DNA of 64,000 nt from Dimorphilus gyrociliatus (GCA_904063045.1 CAJFCJ010000010.1:1178001-1242000); one strand, 5' to 3'. Numbered from the stretch's first letter, positions 39,310 through 52,500 are shown. Numbers and translations are program-made. Notes: a model not told the origin generated them from the letters alone.

Positions 39310-40958
39310 ATACACTATTTTTTCACTCTTCAAAACGCGGCCTCAACGAAAGGCGACGGCCGACTGCAAAAAAGCAAACGGTCCCGCTACAAAACGACCG
39401 CAACGATCAGCGCCACTATATACTGTATATACAGTATATATTATACAATTCAGAAATATCACATGTATTGATGTGAATATGTCTGTGTAAAGCTTTCTTT
39501 TACATATATTAAAATAATATCTAATATTATTAATAAAAGTTGCTATTCTAATAAAAATAGTAGTAATTAATGAATTATTTAAACGTGATATCAGAAAGTA
39601 ACACAATCTCATCTCTGTTCTCTATGTATTTAGTCAGACGTACTAAAAGAGATAAAATATAGCTAATGTGCAATTAATAAATTGTCTCTTTATTTAACTA
39701 TTATCGTATAGAGACAGCAAATTTTAATTATTGTTATAGCATTGAACTAATATAAACAACTTTGCTTTTTTATTATTTTTAAATATATTATTTATGTAAA
39801 TAATAGGAAATTTATTCTTTAGTTAATTAATATTAATATTAATTACTAATTAGTAAATGTACATATTATACTATAATTCATTAAATATACACTATTCTAT
39901 ATTATTATTTAACTGAAATATCTTGATTATATTTTACACGTTTCAGAACGTATAAAAATTTAATTGGATATAATTATATTACATACATTATAAAGAATTA
40001 GCTAATTTATTATTAGCTTAGATGTACTTTATGAACAATTTAATACTGTATACTGGAATTAATGCTTGATACCTTATTATAAATATATAATTAGCTTATC
40101 AAATTAATGCTAGAACCATTTTTTATGAATATTATGGGCGTCTACAGTAACTCATTTATGATACGTACAAATTGTAGATAAGTTATATATATATATATAT
40201 TATCGAATAGACTATATATGCTAAATATAAATGTAGCTGTAGCAGTCTATAATCTCATCAGTATATGTCATGGACGACATTTAACATATTTGATATCTCT
40301 AGTACATGCTATCTGCTGTATACGTATATAGAGTAAATATATAAACTATTCATACAAAGTATATATGAACGTATACACAGTATATATACATATATATATG
40401 TATACATATACACAGTATATACTATTATACGCTATATATATACATACACACTCTAGAGTGTATTTATTTTTGTTCTTGCACTGTACCGACGTATACGTCT
40501 ATTCATATGTACATGTTTCTAAAGAAAAACTTGCATGTACAATTAGAGACTTTGAATACTACAACCTAATGGGGATATAACTACAATTATTAGAATACTA
40601 ATATCTTTTATAGCATCCGTTGACCCATTTATTGGGAAAAACGCTCAACTTGTACCATTTTCTTTTACCTACATAAACATAACGTTCACTTTCGGGTACA
40701 CGAAAATAGAGGAATTCGCCAGCTGGCGGCGCCCAAAAAAATCGAACTAACATCGATCGATGAGTCGAACGTTTTCCCAGTGAGAATTTGCGAGAAAATT
40801 TCGTTCTGCATCGTGTTTGTCATTGTAATTAAGTTTGTGCTAAAGGCGAAGACAGGAAAGCATCATATCTAGATATTTTTGGTAGTAAGAATTAGCAATC
40901 TCTCTCAGTTATCACTTGTGTAACCATGGAGACACATATGTAAAAGACTGTTTCTTAC

Positions 40959-41074
40959 CTCTTCCAGTTCCAAGCTTTAATCTGAGTATCTGGAGGAGTA
41001 TTGCTGGGCCAGTGGGTAGAATCGGTGCCGTAGCCGGGTAATAGCCAGGGCGGCAGGTGTCTGTAAGCAAGCAT
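40959..41074 (-). CDS. Alternative Kv1 first exon C (MLAYRHLPPWLLPGYGTDSTHWPSNTPPDTQIKAWNWK)
   Basis: ATG 41074, 38 codons + AG, strong donor AAGAG|GTAAGA, phase 2 fits acceptor 33344. CRE and TATA-like sequence upstream. Confidence 0.7.
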
Positions 41075-41148
41075 TCTCTATACTTATCATGCTTCCCTCG
41101 CCTCTAGCGTCTCCGAAGTGACGCTCCGAACGCCTCTAACGTCATCGC

Positions 41149-41181
41149 CTAAATATAGTCCTATATATCCTGGTGACGTCA
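41149..41181 (-). promoter_or_regulatory. Promoter of Kv1 exon C: CRE (41174-41181) followed by TATA-like elements
   Basis: Minus strand reads ATGACGTCACCAGGATATATAGGACTATATTTAGG, 100 nt upstream of ATG 41074. Confidence 0.5.
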
Positions 41182-44100
41182 TTTTTTCTTAGTATATCGA
41201 AGTTAGGTTAACATTTTACCCTACGCATGCGCGGATACTAAAAGGGGGCATAGACAAACGAAAATTAAGCGAAGAAAGACTTGTGAAAGTAGAATCAACA
41301 ATGAAATTCTGTGCATTTCATTTCTTCAAACCTTTAAAGGATGGTTAAATGAAATATTCATAGGCTAAAGAACTATTAAGAGTCTTTTTTTTATTATTAT
41401 TTATTTTATGTTTGTTTTTTGCTTTTATATGAAAAGTTTACTATTCTTTATTGTTATAAATTATTTTTAATAGAAAAGAGCAATTCAACGATCCGTAAAA
41501 TAGCGGAAGATTATGATTGTCGTATAAAATGGAAAAATGATTATGTTTTTAAATCTTTTTCCTTTTTTATACCAATAATAGATAAATATAGAAAATATAT
41601 ATTATGCATATATAAAAACATATTTACAAATATAACTGTTTGTACCAATATTTATATATGATTATTTAAGAGTATATTGTTCAACAAGTGTTGTCCTGTT
41701 CAATTTATTATTTATGGAAAAAACTATAGCTATATAAATAAAAACGAGTAGAAAATCTTTAACATAACACTTAAAAAAAATATTATAATAAATAAATAAA
41801 AAATAGAAAGAAGAGGAAAAAGATTGGTGAAAAAAAACAAAAAAAAAGAGTGTCGGGGCTGAGGGAGGTAGAGAAGCTTTGATTTTTATAATAATAAAAA
41901 CAGAGTGTCACATTATTCTTTATATATCCTTTCTTAAGTAATAGCTTTATTTAAATATATTGGATAACTGAGAATGTTGTAATTTACATGCAAAGTGTCA
42001 TATATTTAAAAAGAATTCAATCAATGCGATAATATATCGTTACCTATTAAATTATTTATGATTTTTTGCATGTTTCGTAGGGAAAAGGGCAAAAAAAAAA
42101 AACAAAAAATTAAACCTAAAAAAAAACTAAAAGATAATAAGAATATATAGAATAATCATTTAAAAAAATATTCTAAATATGCGTTTACATATAAAAAAGA
42201 AAATCATTTAAAGTTGTTTTTTTTTTTAAAAGAAAAAAGTGTCTTTTATTGAATATTACATCTCTAACTGTATAATTTACTCCTTCAGAGAAAATTAAAA
42301 TCTTGTAAACTCAACGAAAATCATACATTATTGACGGTTTAATTGCACTAGTATCTATATATCAATCTCTCCCTTTCTCCCTCCCCTTTTCTCTATTTTC
42401 TTTCTCTCTCTTTCTCTGTTTTTTTTTACTAAACCTCTACGTTGTCTGTTTAAAGAAAAACTTGAGTTTCTTTTTTTCTCCTTTTCTGACATTTTGAGAT
42501 AGCGAAATGTCGATGCAACGAATAATAGAGGATCTAAAAGATGAGAATTGGAATTGGATATAGGGCAAGGAACGTTCTTGAGTAACTTTTGCTCGTTACG
42601 AAAAAAATATTTACTGAGAGTTCGACTAATTATTAAAATCACTTAATTTAAAAGTTAAATAAGAATTTTAACCTATAAAAATATAGAATTCTCCTAACTA
42701 AATCAAATACCCTATTTCTTTATTGAAAATACAACGGCTACATGAGGTTTATTTGATATAGAAACTTCTGTTTTATTCCTTATTTATGTTGTAAAAATTT
42801 GTTTATTCTCTTGTGCTTTTACTATTAATGATGTACACATCGCATCAACCATTGTTGTGGGTAGCTAAATTAATCTATGAATTATTTAATATAAAACATG
42901 ATCCAGCATAGACATACAAATATTCTCAGTGTAAAAATAAATAGCTACATATTGCTTTCAACACATTTTACATGCAAATATTTATAAATATACTTTTATA
43001 TATATACAGTATATACAGTATATATATATATATATATATATATTTATGTATGTATGACAATCTGTATATCTATATACAGTTTTTATAGTGTCTATATAAA
43101 GTTCTATTTATTGTCATAAATTTATTTAACATGTTAATTAGATATTAAAATTATCGTAAAAAAGAGTAAACCACTTAATTCTAGGTATATATTACTATTT
43201 TCACAAATATACAAGACGTAGTATATAATGCTACTGGTGCCATTTTATTCTTCTATATTTAAAATTTAAGAGATCGACTGAGAGAGAGTGGCATACAAAA
43301 GGAAAAAGAGCGGAAGTATGAAATATTTTATGCATATAAAACTTTGTGTAGTCAGAATATTTGAGTATAATATTTTCATGTATGAATTTATATATATATA
43401 TATATATATTATGATATATACTAAATTTTCTATAGATATGCTTAGTCTAACTTTTTATTCGTATATTTATACAAAACTATTTCAAGCGGCATCAAAAAAT
43501 ATAACAAATATAGTATTCATATATTTATTTTAGCAATTAGCTTAAATAAAAACTAAATATCTATTTATGTCTAGCTGTGTACATAAATAACTAAATGTTA
43601 AATACATTTATTTATATATACAAAACATATATCTATATATATGTATGTTCTGTATCCACGAAGTATAAGATTTTTATGAATATATATATATATATATATA
43701 TTCATTATAGTTAGCTATTTTTCTTCGTCTCTCTCTTTGTCATACTTTCTCTTGCTCTCTCGAAAAAAAAATAAAAAATAGATATATACTGTATATATAT
43801 ATATATATATATACTGTATGTATAGCTATCTATCTATTTATTGATATTGTTAAAATAGAGTTTTGTACATTGCATGAACATTAATACTTTAAATTTTCAT
43901 CAACTAAAAAGTCTCTCCAAGATTTATTTCTGCTTAATAATAGAAGCGCTCATTGTTACTAATACAATCTACTTTAATGATTTAGTACATTTTTGAAAAT
44001 GTATTGGATATAAATTATATTACTATCTACTTTTTCGTTTTGTTTATCACAGATTTCGTTACAATTTACAGTGACGCTCAAAAGATAAAGAAAAAGAATA

Positions 44101-44641
44101 AATCTAGAGTTCAATATAGAAATAAAAGTTTATGTAAAATATAGAAACTAAAGGAAAAGTAGAGGAAATAATAAAAAAAACAGAGGAAGATGCACATATA
44201 TAAAAAATATAATTTTTTTATATATATATTATATATATATAAGATATAATAAACTATCAAATAATTCTATTTTTCATCTTTATTTTTTTTATATCTTCAC
44301 TTTCGTCAATATTTCGTCGCGAATGACCTAACCCTGTTTATTAATGATCAATACATCAATATACGCTGCTCAATTTGCTTACTCTTTTAGGAAAGCGTTA
44401 TCCTCTCTCTTTTTAAACAGTCGTCGAGTTCTCGACCTAATTGGTCTTTTATTAGGCTTTGCAGTTGCATATCCGCTAAAATTACTCAACATGATCCGAA
44501 CAGAAACGCTAAACTGTAATAATGCAGCAGTTCTATCGATCCGTTCATACGGAGAGCGCCTGAATGTTTAAAGTGTTAATTACGGCGGTAGTTGATCAGG
44601 GCCGAGGGGGTGCGTTATGAAAACCGGAAACGTTCCCTTAC

Positions 44642-44649
44642 CTGTACAT
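44642..44649 (-). CDS. Candidate distal Kv1 first exon D contributing only Met-Tyr
   Basis: AGAGA-ATG TAC AG|GTAAGG, phase 2, inside the 44.3-45.0 kb CpG-rich island; same AGAGAATG start context as exon C. Confidence 0.35.
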
Positions 44650-44960
44650 TCTCTTCTATCCAACTGCGATATATGTAGATTAAAAACTTTGATCAATTAA
44701 CTGCAACATCTGGTGAGTAGAGTGAAAAAAGTATATGCCATCTTTTGCTCGTCGACCTGTTGCGAAAAAGTAAATGTTTTTTTAGCAAGGGAAATTATGG
44801 AAGGCAAACAATAATAAGTCTTTTTTGCAGTTTGTACAGCAAATTTTCACCGACTCGTAGCGTGCCGTTTGCCGAACTATTTTAAGCAGGCTTCTCGGCA
44901 TGCTTAGGTAAACATGACCCACCTTTACATAGGCCTATATGATAGAGTATTTCTTTTATG

Positions 44961-44974
44961 AGCAGATGGCGCTG
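44961..44974 (+). promoter_or_regulatory. CTCF-like motif (AGCAGATGGCGCTG)
   Basis: Fits the AG[AG][GT]GGC[AG] core; related copies at 1945, 2632, 12991, 13515, 49055(-), 49180, 49540(-), 58231(-). Confidence 0.4.
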
Positions 44975-47900
44975 AAGAAATCTGGTATTAGATTGGTTTT
45001 TCATACATATATTTTTCAATGACAATGGTAAGGAGACAAACTGAACCCCATTTCTATCTACGATATAGGTAGCTTTGGGCAATTCTCAACCGACTCTTGA
45101 TCTGCATTAGCCACGTCTATGCTTTATAAATAAATCATCATTTTTACCGGAAAGTTACATATATGCTTAGAAAGTGGAGTTAATAGCTATTTAATTTAAA
45201 TAAAAATTTTCGTCTCTGTTTATCAAATCTTATTTGACCTATCCTGTAGTAGCTTAGGCCTACCAGCGATTTTTTTTCTAGAAATGTTAGTTCTATGAAT
45301 AAATAAGATAAAATTACATTCTTTAACAATAAGCATAGGGATAGACTCTTCTCTTTAACTTTTTTATAGTGATCCATCACCCCTACCTAATTCATTTCAC
45401 TTTTCAACCAATACCCTCTTATAATTCAAATAAAACCAACTTTCTTTCCTTCCTACCATACGTCTAATCCTATGATCTCATCTATATATAACTAGGGAAA
45501 CAGTGCTCTACCAACAATATAACATATAATTTGCATTTAATATGAAAGAAAAATAGAAATAGAATAGAATACAAAAAGATAAGTTAAAGAGGAAATTTTT
45601 AATTATTTCCTTGAAAATATCCATCTATTTTTGTACTCAATTTCTTTCCTTGTTGTTTTTCTTCATCTTCTGCACGTATAGCCAAGTTTTTTTCTATTCC
45701 TACTTTTATATATGTTACAAAATATACTAAATATGAAAAATTTAACATCTTAGATTTAGCGTACGATATACATTTTAAAAAATTAATATCTATAACGATT
45801 TGTTTTATTTACATATAAAAATCCCATAAAAATATATATTTATAGTTATTTTCTAATAGAATACAGTATATACAGTATATATATATATATATATATATAT
45901 ATTCATTCTCTATCTATGTGAATACAATATTTAATCTATCTCTTTACTTATTATCAATATTATTCGGATGTTAAATTAACAATACCCCTCTGGATGTAAT
46001 CAACTTTAATAGAAGAGCCTTTTTATGCTGACTATAGAATGGATAATCCATTAATTGGAAGAATTCTATGGTGTATCAAGGAACGTTGGAAATTTTAGAT
46101 CAGAGGGTGATCTTGGTTTTCCCCAGTGAATAGATATTGTTGGCGTGGCGTGCTTATTATCTTTTTTTGTAAGATACTACACTTAATTCATTCTGTTTTA
46201 TAATACATAAATAATGTTGAAACAAACTTTCATTTGGATAGTTAATTACTTCAATTAAAAGACACTCTTGTTAAAGTCACGTTCGTTCCTAAAATATAAA
46301 TCAATGAACAAGTAAATGTCTAGATTTGTGTTTTCCTACATCAAAAGAAAGGTACCAAAAGGGATAATAGAATTGAGAAAAATGTACTTACCAGCGTCTA
46401 TCATGTTCATATATTCTAGATGACTTACGTAAAAAAAGAAAAAAAGAAAATAAAACGTCACAAAGAAGAAAAGCAAAGAAAAAAAGGGAAAGAAATACTA
46501 CTTATTTTCTTTTTCAATCCCCGTTCCGATCGCTCATTAGTTTCTATACAAAGCCAAATGCGAACTATTGAAAAAGCTGACGTTTTTTTTTAAGTTGAGC
46601 TAAATTTTGAAAAGATTACGGTTTAATTATGTTGCAGGTTATAATTTCTAATATATACTACTTATTTCCTTCAGATATAAAAACAACCACTTGAAAGGAT
46701 GAGATAGACAGATATTTTACAAATGCCGAATTCTTGCAGAATATTGTCATTTTTACAAGACCGCTTATCTAGATTGCTGTCAATTAAGGGAGAGAAAAAA
46801 GCTTAAGATTAATTTGCTCTTACTAAACGATCTTTTTCTCAATTTTCCTTTTCTTTAACCGCCTTTATTATAATTTAATGGAGATGTATAGTTAATAAAA
46901 GCTCTAATTTTTCTTTTATGTTGCTACGTGACTCGCTTAACTGCACCAATGAACGAAATGAACAGCTGCAATATAAACCTATTAGCCGGGCGCTCTTTTA
47001 TATTCCACAGGCATTTTTATGCCTGCAATATACATAGTAGAAACTGCTTACTGAAGCTCTGAAGACAGGAATATCAGATCAATCTTTCGCCTCTTTCCTC
47101 TTCCTGCCTAAATTTATTTAAATAATTTAACCAATAAAAAACACATTTACAATTTTTATAAATTGTGAATATATTTATCATAACTTAAGTAATCACAAAC
47201 ATAACGCTTCTATTTGTCGAATAAATTGTATTTGGGAACATAGTATCCAAACACAAATTACCAAGAGAGCTACTACTAAAACTTGGGTCACATTAAAATC
47301 ACGTGATTTATTTTTCAGTATAAATCCTTAATCCGAATATAGTTGCAAAGTCAATGTAAAAAAAAAAAATAAATGTATTCACTACTATACTTATTAATAT
47401 GCAAATTAGACGGACAAAGTCAAGATTCAACTACCATGAATAAACTGCAAAATAAAAAAAAAGAAGAAATTTCATATTTGGTTTGGATAAAGGTACGTAC
47501 GGAAATGATAGTAACTCAAATATTCCCGTCATATATTGGTTCCTTTTAGCTTAAAAGAAAATTTCCAAGTTTTTTTTTATATAAGTTGATTCTCTGATGC
47601 CTAAAGTAATTTATGGAATTTATATATCGCCTTTTATCTCGAAACAGAAAAAATAAAAAAAATAATAAATCTATAAAAACAAACAAACAAACAAATAAAC
47701 AAACAAACAAATACAGATATAAAATGTAAGAGGGAAAGTCTTTTAAAAATTCATTTTTCTTTCCTTCGTCATTTTTTCATTAACAACTTGAAAAAAATAT
47801 ATATATATGAATATGAAAGTTTATAGAATATATGAAAGAGCTTTTGGATCAAAAGCTGCCTGTCTCCTTCGATAAATTATCTTAGTATATAGAGCACTCA

Positions 47901-49574
47901 AGTTCACGTAGAAAGGCAACATTTTAAAGAGTGATATGAATTGCATTTATTTCTGTGAAAAATGCAAATAAAATATATAATTTATTTACATTTAGTATTA
48001 TTCAAAATACTGTCTATGTACTGAATGTAACACATTTCTTTTACGTGTAGTAAAATAAAAAAAATGGTGCAGATGAGAGACGAGGTTAGAGAAAATAAGA
48101 TACTGATACACAATTTCGTCAGTTTTAGGATTCTGAAAACGTTCCCGTTGAAATTCTTGATAAGTTTACATCAGATATCTCTATCAATTCATATTTCTAT
48201 TTGTCAAGTGTACTTTTTCTTGTTTTTTTCCTTTTTCATCTAATTCTCTATCTGTACTGTATGTATTAAGATGAACTCTTATAGGTTCTTTTTATTTAAT
48301 TTACATTTTGAAATACAGATGTCACTTTATGATAGAATTATTTCAAATGAAATGAAACCTTGACAAACTTATTGCTAATTGATATTATACTTTGCTTTTG
48401 AGTGACAATCTTATATTAAACACGTAATAATACAAGATTAAATACTTTTTGTTCTATAATAAAGAAAAAGAAATAATAAAATTAGCGATCCATCATAAAA
48501 AGGCATTGTTGACAATAGTTGAAAATGTTTAAAAGAGATAAAACGCTAAACTTTAATTGTTGTGTTGATGGGAGAAGATTCTCTTGATACTACTTCCAAA
48601 CAAATTTCTCTTGTTAAGTATATGATTAATTAACTAACGCTCATTTTCATCTTTTATTAAATTTTACCTCTATAACGTTGCTTAGAGATATAAAGAATCT
48701 ACTAAATCCTTTCCAAGATTGCTTTTATATGTTTATCGTGAGAAAACAATCATTAATATACTTACATATCATGTACTCACCTGTTTTAAAAGAAGTCTAA
48801 GTGATTCTTATAATGAAAGATTGATAAAATATTTGATTTAGAAAGCAGAGGCAATAGCATAAGGAAAAAAAAGAGAGAGAGAGAGAGAGAGAAAGAAAGA
48901 TTTTAATGAAAGAAATTATTGTACTTGTTTATCTTTGAAGACTTCAAGTAGCTGGAAATTCTTGTTTTGAAGCAGAAGAAATATTTCTCCAGGAGTATGA
49001 TTAAAAGTTGAAAAGAACTTTGAATACCTGCACGAATGAGTTCTTTTCATTCTCTAGCGCCATCTGTCTTAAATGACTGACGGAAAAGAGCCTTTTTTTC
49101 TTTATATATATTTATATATATTCTTTTTTCTAAGTTGTTCCAGTAGGGTTTGTAAAAACGATAAACATCATACTAATATACAGGTGGCGCTTTCACTAAA
49201 AAAGTACGGAATAGAAGGAAAAAATTCTGAAGTATGATAATAAAGGGACGACCTCTAGGATGGGTATACGTGTAAAATTACGCGATTGGTTGATAAGTAA
49301 TACTTTCTTTACCCAAAGTAAACAAGCTGATTTTTTGAGAGAGTGGGAAATAAGGTATTAGACAACGAAAACTTAATTTTCTAATCAATCTATCTAAAAT
49401 ATTTTTTGTTGCGTATATTCTAAAGAACGAGCAATTTTTCAATTTTCCTGCCTGGATACGCGCCAATTTCATTTAAGTGTACAAGGCGGTGATAAACTAG
49501 CCATTATGCAGACTAATTTGCATAGTAGGGGGACAAGTGGTGCCACCTAGCTAGCGCGTAAACTTCTCGAAAGG

Positions 49575-52500
49575 ATGGAGAGCGCCGTGAACGGAAAGGA
49601 GGAGATGGGTCGACCAAAGGAAGAAGATATTGAAGATGAAAGTGAATTGACCGGACGAGGTCAAGAAGGCCGAGGTCAATGGACGAATAAAATGGACTTC
49701 ATTTTCTCTTGCATCGGATACTCGATTGGTTTGGGAAATGTTTGGAGATTTCCTTACCTGTGTTATAAAAACGGTGGAGGTTAGTCAAAATATTTTCTAA
49801 ACTATAAAAGAATACAATTCTAGAACTTTTTACATTTTTTTGCTTAGTAAACTGTAGTTAGTAACAGCATTCTGTCAATTTGTATAATTGAAGTGAATAC
49901 AAACTTTTATTGCTGTTATTAGGAGAGCATTTTTTGGCTTTACCTTACTTCATACTTGATTTCTTTACGTTTTGCATTTTTTTAACTTTGCATCTTTAAT
50001 TCTGTTATTTTCTTCTTTCCCGTTTGATTTTCTTTAAAGAAATGTTCCAGACATATCTGACTTCCAAAAAACATATCTTTTTAGTCTTTTCTATACAGTA
50101 TGTTTAAATTTCTTTATTTTCATATACAATTATTTAAATATATAATATATTTTTTATCGAATTTATAAAAGAGAAGCCTGGACGGATTTGTCCGCTTCGA
50201 GTTCGCCTAGAGCGTTCTCTTATCGACGTTCCTGAAAGACAAGTCGGGGATAAGCCGAACGCCGAAAAATTCTTTAAACGTCCCTCGTTTTATTTACTAC
50301 AAAAAAAAACGCCTTACTTAAAAAAAAATTCACTAAGTCTGTGAAGAGGGAAACGGAGATAATTTGAGAAAGTACATGAAAGAGATAGAGACAGAAGGGG
50401 AATGAGAGAGAGAGAAGGAGAAAGAGGGGGAGAGGAAAAAGAAGCGAGAGTAAAGGGGAGTAGGAGAAAATCGAAAAAGTACGGAAAAGACATTAAAATT
50501 GTTAGAGTGAAAAAGAAATATATAGAAGGAAACATAGACACTAATAGTGAAGAGAGAAATGGTAAGCTAGGGAGAGAGTTTGAGGAAAAGGGTAGGGGGT
50601 GAGAAAATGATAGATAGAAGAAAAACGTATTGAGAAAAAAGCAAACTAAAGAGATAAAGAGAGAAAAAAATAAGGGGATAGAGCGATAGTGAGAGAGGAA
50701 GAGAGAAAGAAAGAGAGAGAGATAGAGAGAAAGAGAAAGAATTGATATAAAATAAAGCATGAGACAAACAGACTCATAGAGACACAGAGAGAGAATATAA
50801 AAAGCAAAAGAGAGATAGAGAGAGAAGAAGAAGTGAAGAAAAAACTCAACATCTTTGTAGGAAAGAGGGGGAGCGCCTAGCTAAATTACTGCAGACTAAT
50901 TGCGGTTTGCGGCGACTGTTACTTTCCTGTTGTGGCGTAATTCGGGAAAGGAGCAGATATAGCTTTACCTATATATTGTAAACAATTTGCAGCCGTGTAG
51001 CAAGTGTTTTTCCTGCTGTTCCAATCCATTTAATTCCAACTGAACAATATATTCTTTCTTCTGAAGCATTTAAAGTAGGTTTTTAAAAGAATATCGGGCG
51101 TTTATGTATTAATATCTGTATCAATAGAAAAGTAGACATAGTAGGAAATTATGATATTTCTAGTGTAAACACTTATCATTGTCTCTCAAGGGATTTTCTC
51201 CTGTGCGCTTTACTCCACTCATTGAATCAGGTGTAACACTAACGAGGACATGCAAAGGACGTATTTTTGCACTCTGCTCCATCTTTTAACATAGATAAAC
51301 TCTTTCATATAAAATTGACTTTAAAAATATTACTTTTCCAAGATTTCTCTCTAATTATAGTCATTTTTTTTACCCTAAAATTCTTCTCGAATCTTAAAAA
51401 GAAGCAAGAAAATTTCGTTGGTTTTTTAAGGGCTTCCATTCTATTCTAACAATTTCATTAGACAATTATATATTTGTTTTTCTCTTTGCTTAAAAAAATA
51501 CTATTATCTTAATTTATTGATAATCAATCAAGTTTATATTTTAAATCTGCAATAAATTCTTTTTCCAGGAGCATTCCTCATTCCCTATATCCTTACCCTA
51601 GTCACCGCTGGTATTCCTATGTTCTTTATGGAATTGTCTATAGGCCAATATCTGGGTATAGGAGGATTGGGTATATATAAAATCTGTCCGATTTTCAAAG
51701 GTAAGCTGTTAAATATAAAGTATTTTTTTTGCCCGTTAGTAGCTGTTCGACTAAACAAACTGTAAAGCTTTCAAGCCTTTTTGCAATTGTTTTCACATGT
51801 CTAAACTGTAAACGCCTTAATAGTTTATTGGTTACCAAGCTATCCGCTATGGTTTTCAAAGTGTATAGTTTATCGCATACGATTGTATATATATTTTTTC
51901 TACGCGAGAGATGGACTATGATCTACCTATCTCTTGACCCACTAACCTAGTTATTAAACGTTATAAATCAAACATAAATATAAAATATACTTTATGTACA
52001 CTATGCACTTGTCAATAAATGCATAGATATTGCACATTTAAGTATTATATATATATATATAGTATTAAGGAACTAACTAAAGGTTGATAGTGTTATATTA
52101 TTTAAGAAAAAGCTACCCTGGAAAGGGATCTGTCAAAAATAGGGTAATTTCTTCAATGGGACATTGTTAGGTTAGGTTTTTCTATGTTCCTACAAAATTA
52201 CTTATTCATTATCATTAAAAAAAAGTAACAAAGTTTATTAATTAAAGACAAAACAATATGCAATTTAAAAGAATTTAAAAACAGCAATTGATGGTTGTTT
52301 ATCTAAATATTTAACTTTTGTAAACTGCAAAGTCATTTTCGTATAATTTACCTACACTACATAGTTTATATAAGTATTGTATATATTAAGAGATAAAAAA
52401 CGATCATTAAATTCACACTCTTAAGTAAAGTTGTTTAATATAAGTAAGGAATATGTTTGCATAGAGTATTCAATTTCTTTATTTATTATATACAAATGTT

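Noticed and set aside
39421-43820. CTGTATATA...CAG sequences resembling bacterial LexA SOS boxes
   Set aside because: Eukaryotic intron-containing DNA; CTG-CAG spacing is not 10; better explained as interrupted TA microsatellite.
46392-46410. ATGAACATGATAGACGCTG|GTAAGT, a phase-1 micro-exon that could join the Kv1 acceptor near 33384
   Set aside because: GTAAGT is expected several times by chance in this span; no CpG island; only 6 codons.
50314-50852. Several ORFs up to 148 aa in Gat intron 1
   Set aside because: Translation of the GA/CT low-complexity tract (S/L/F or R/E/K only).
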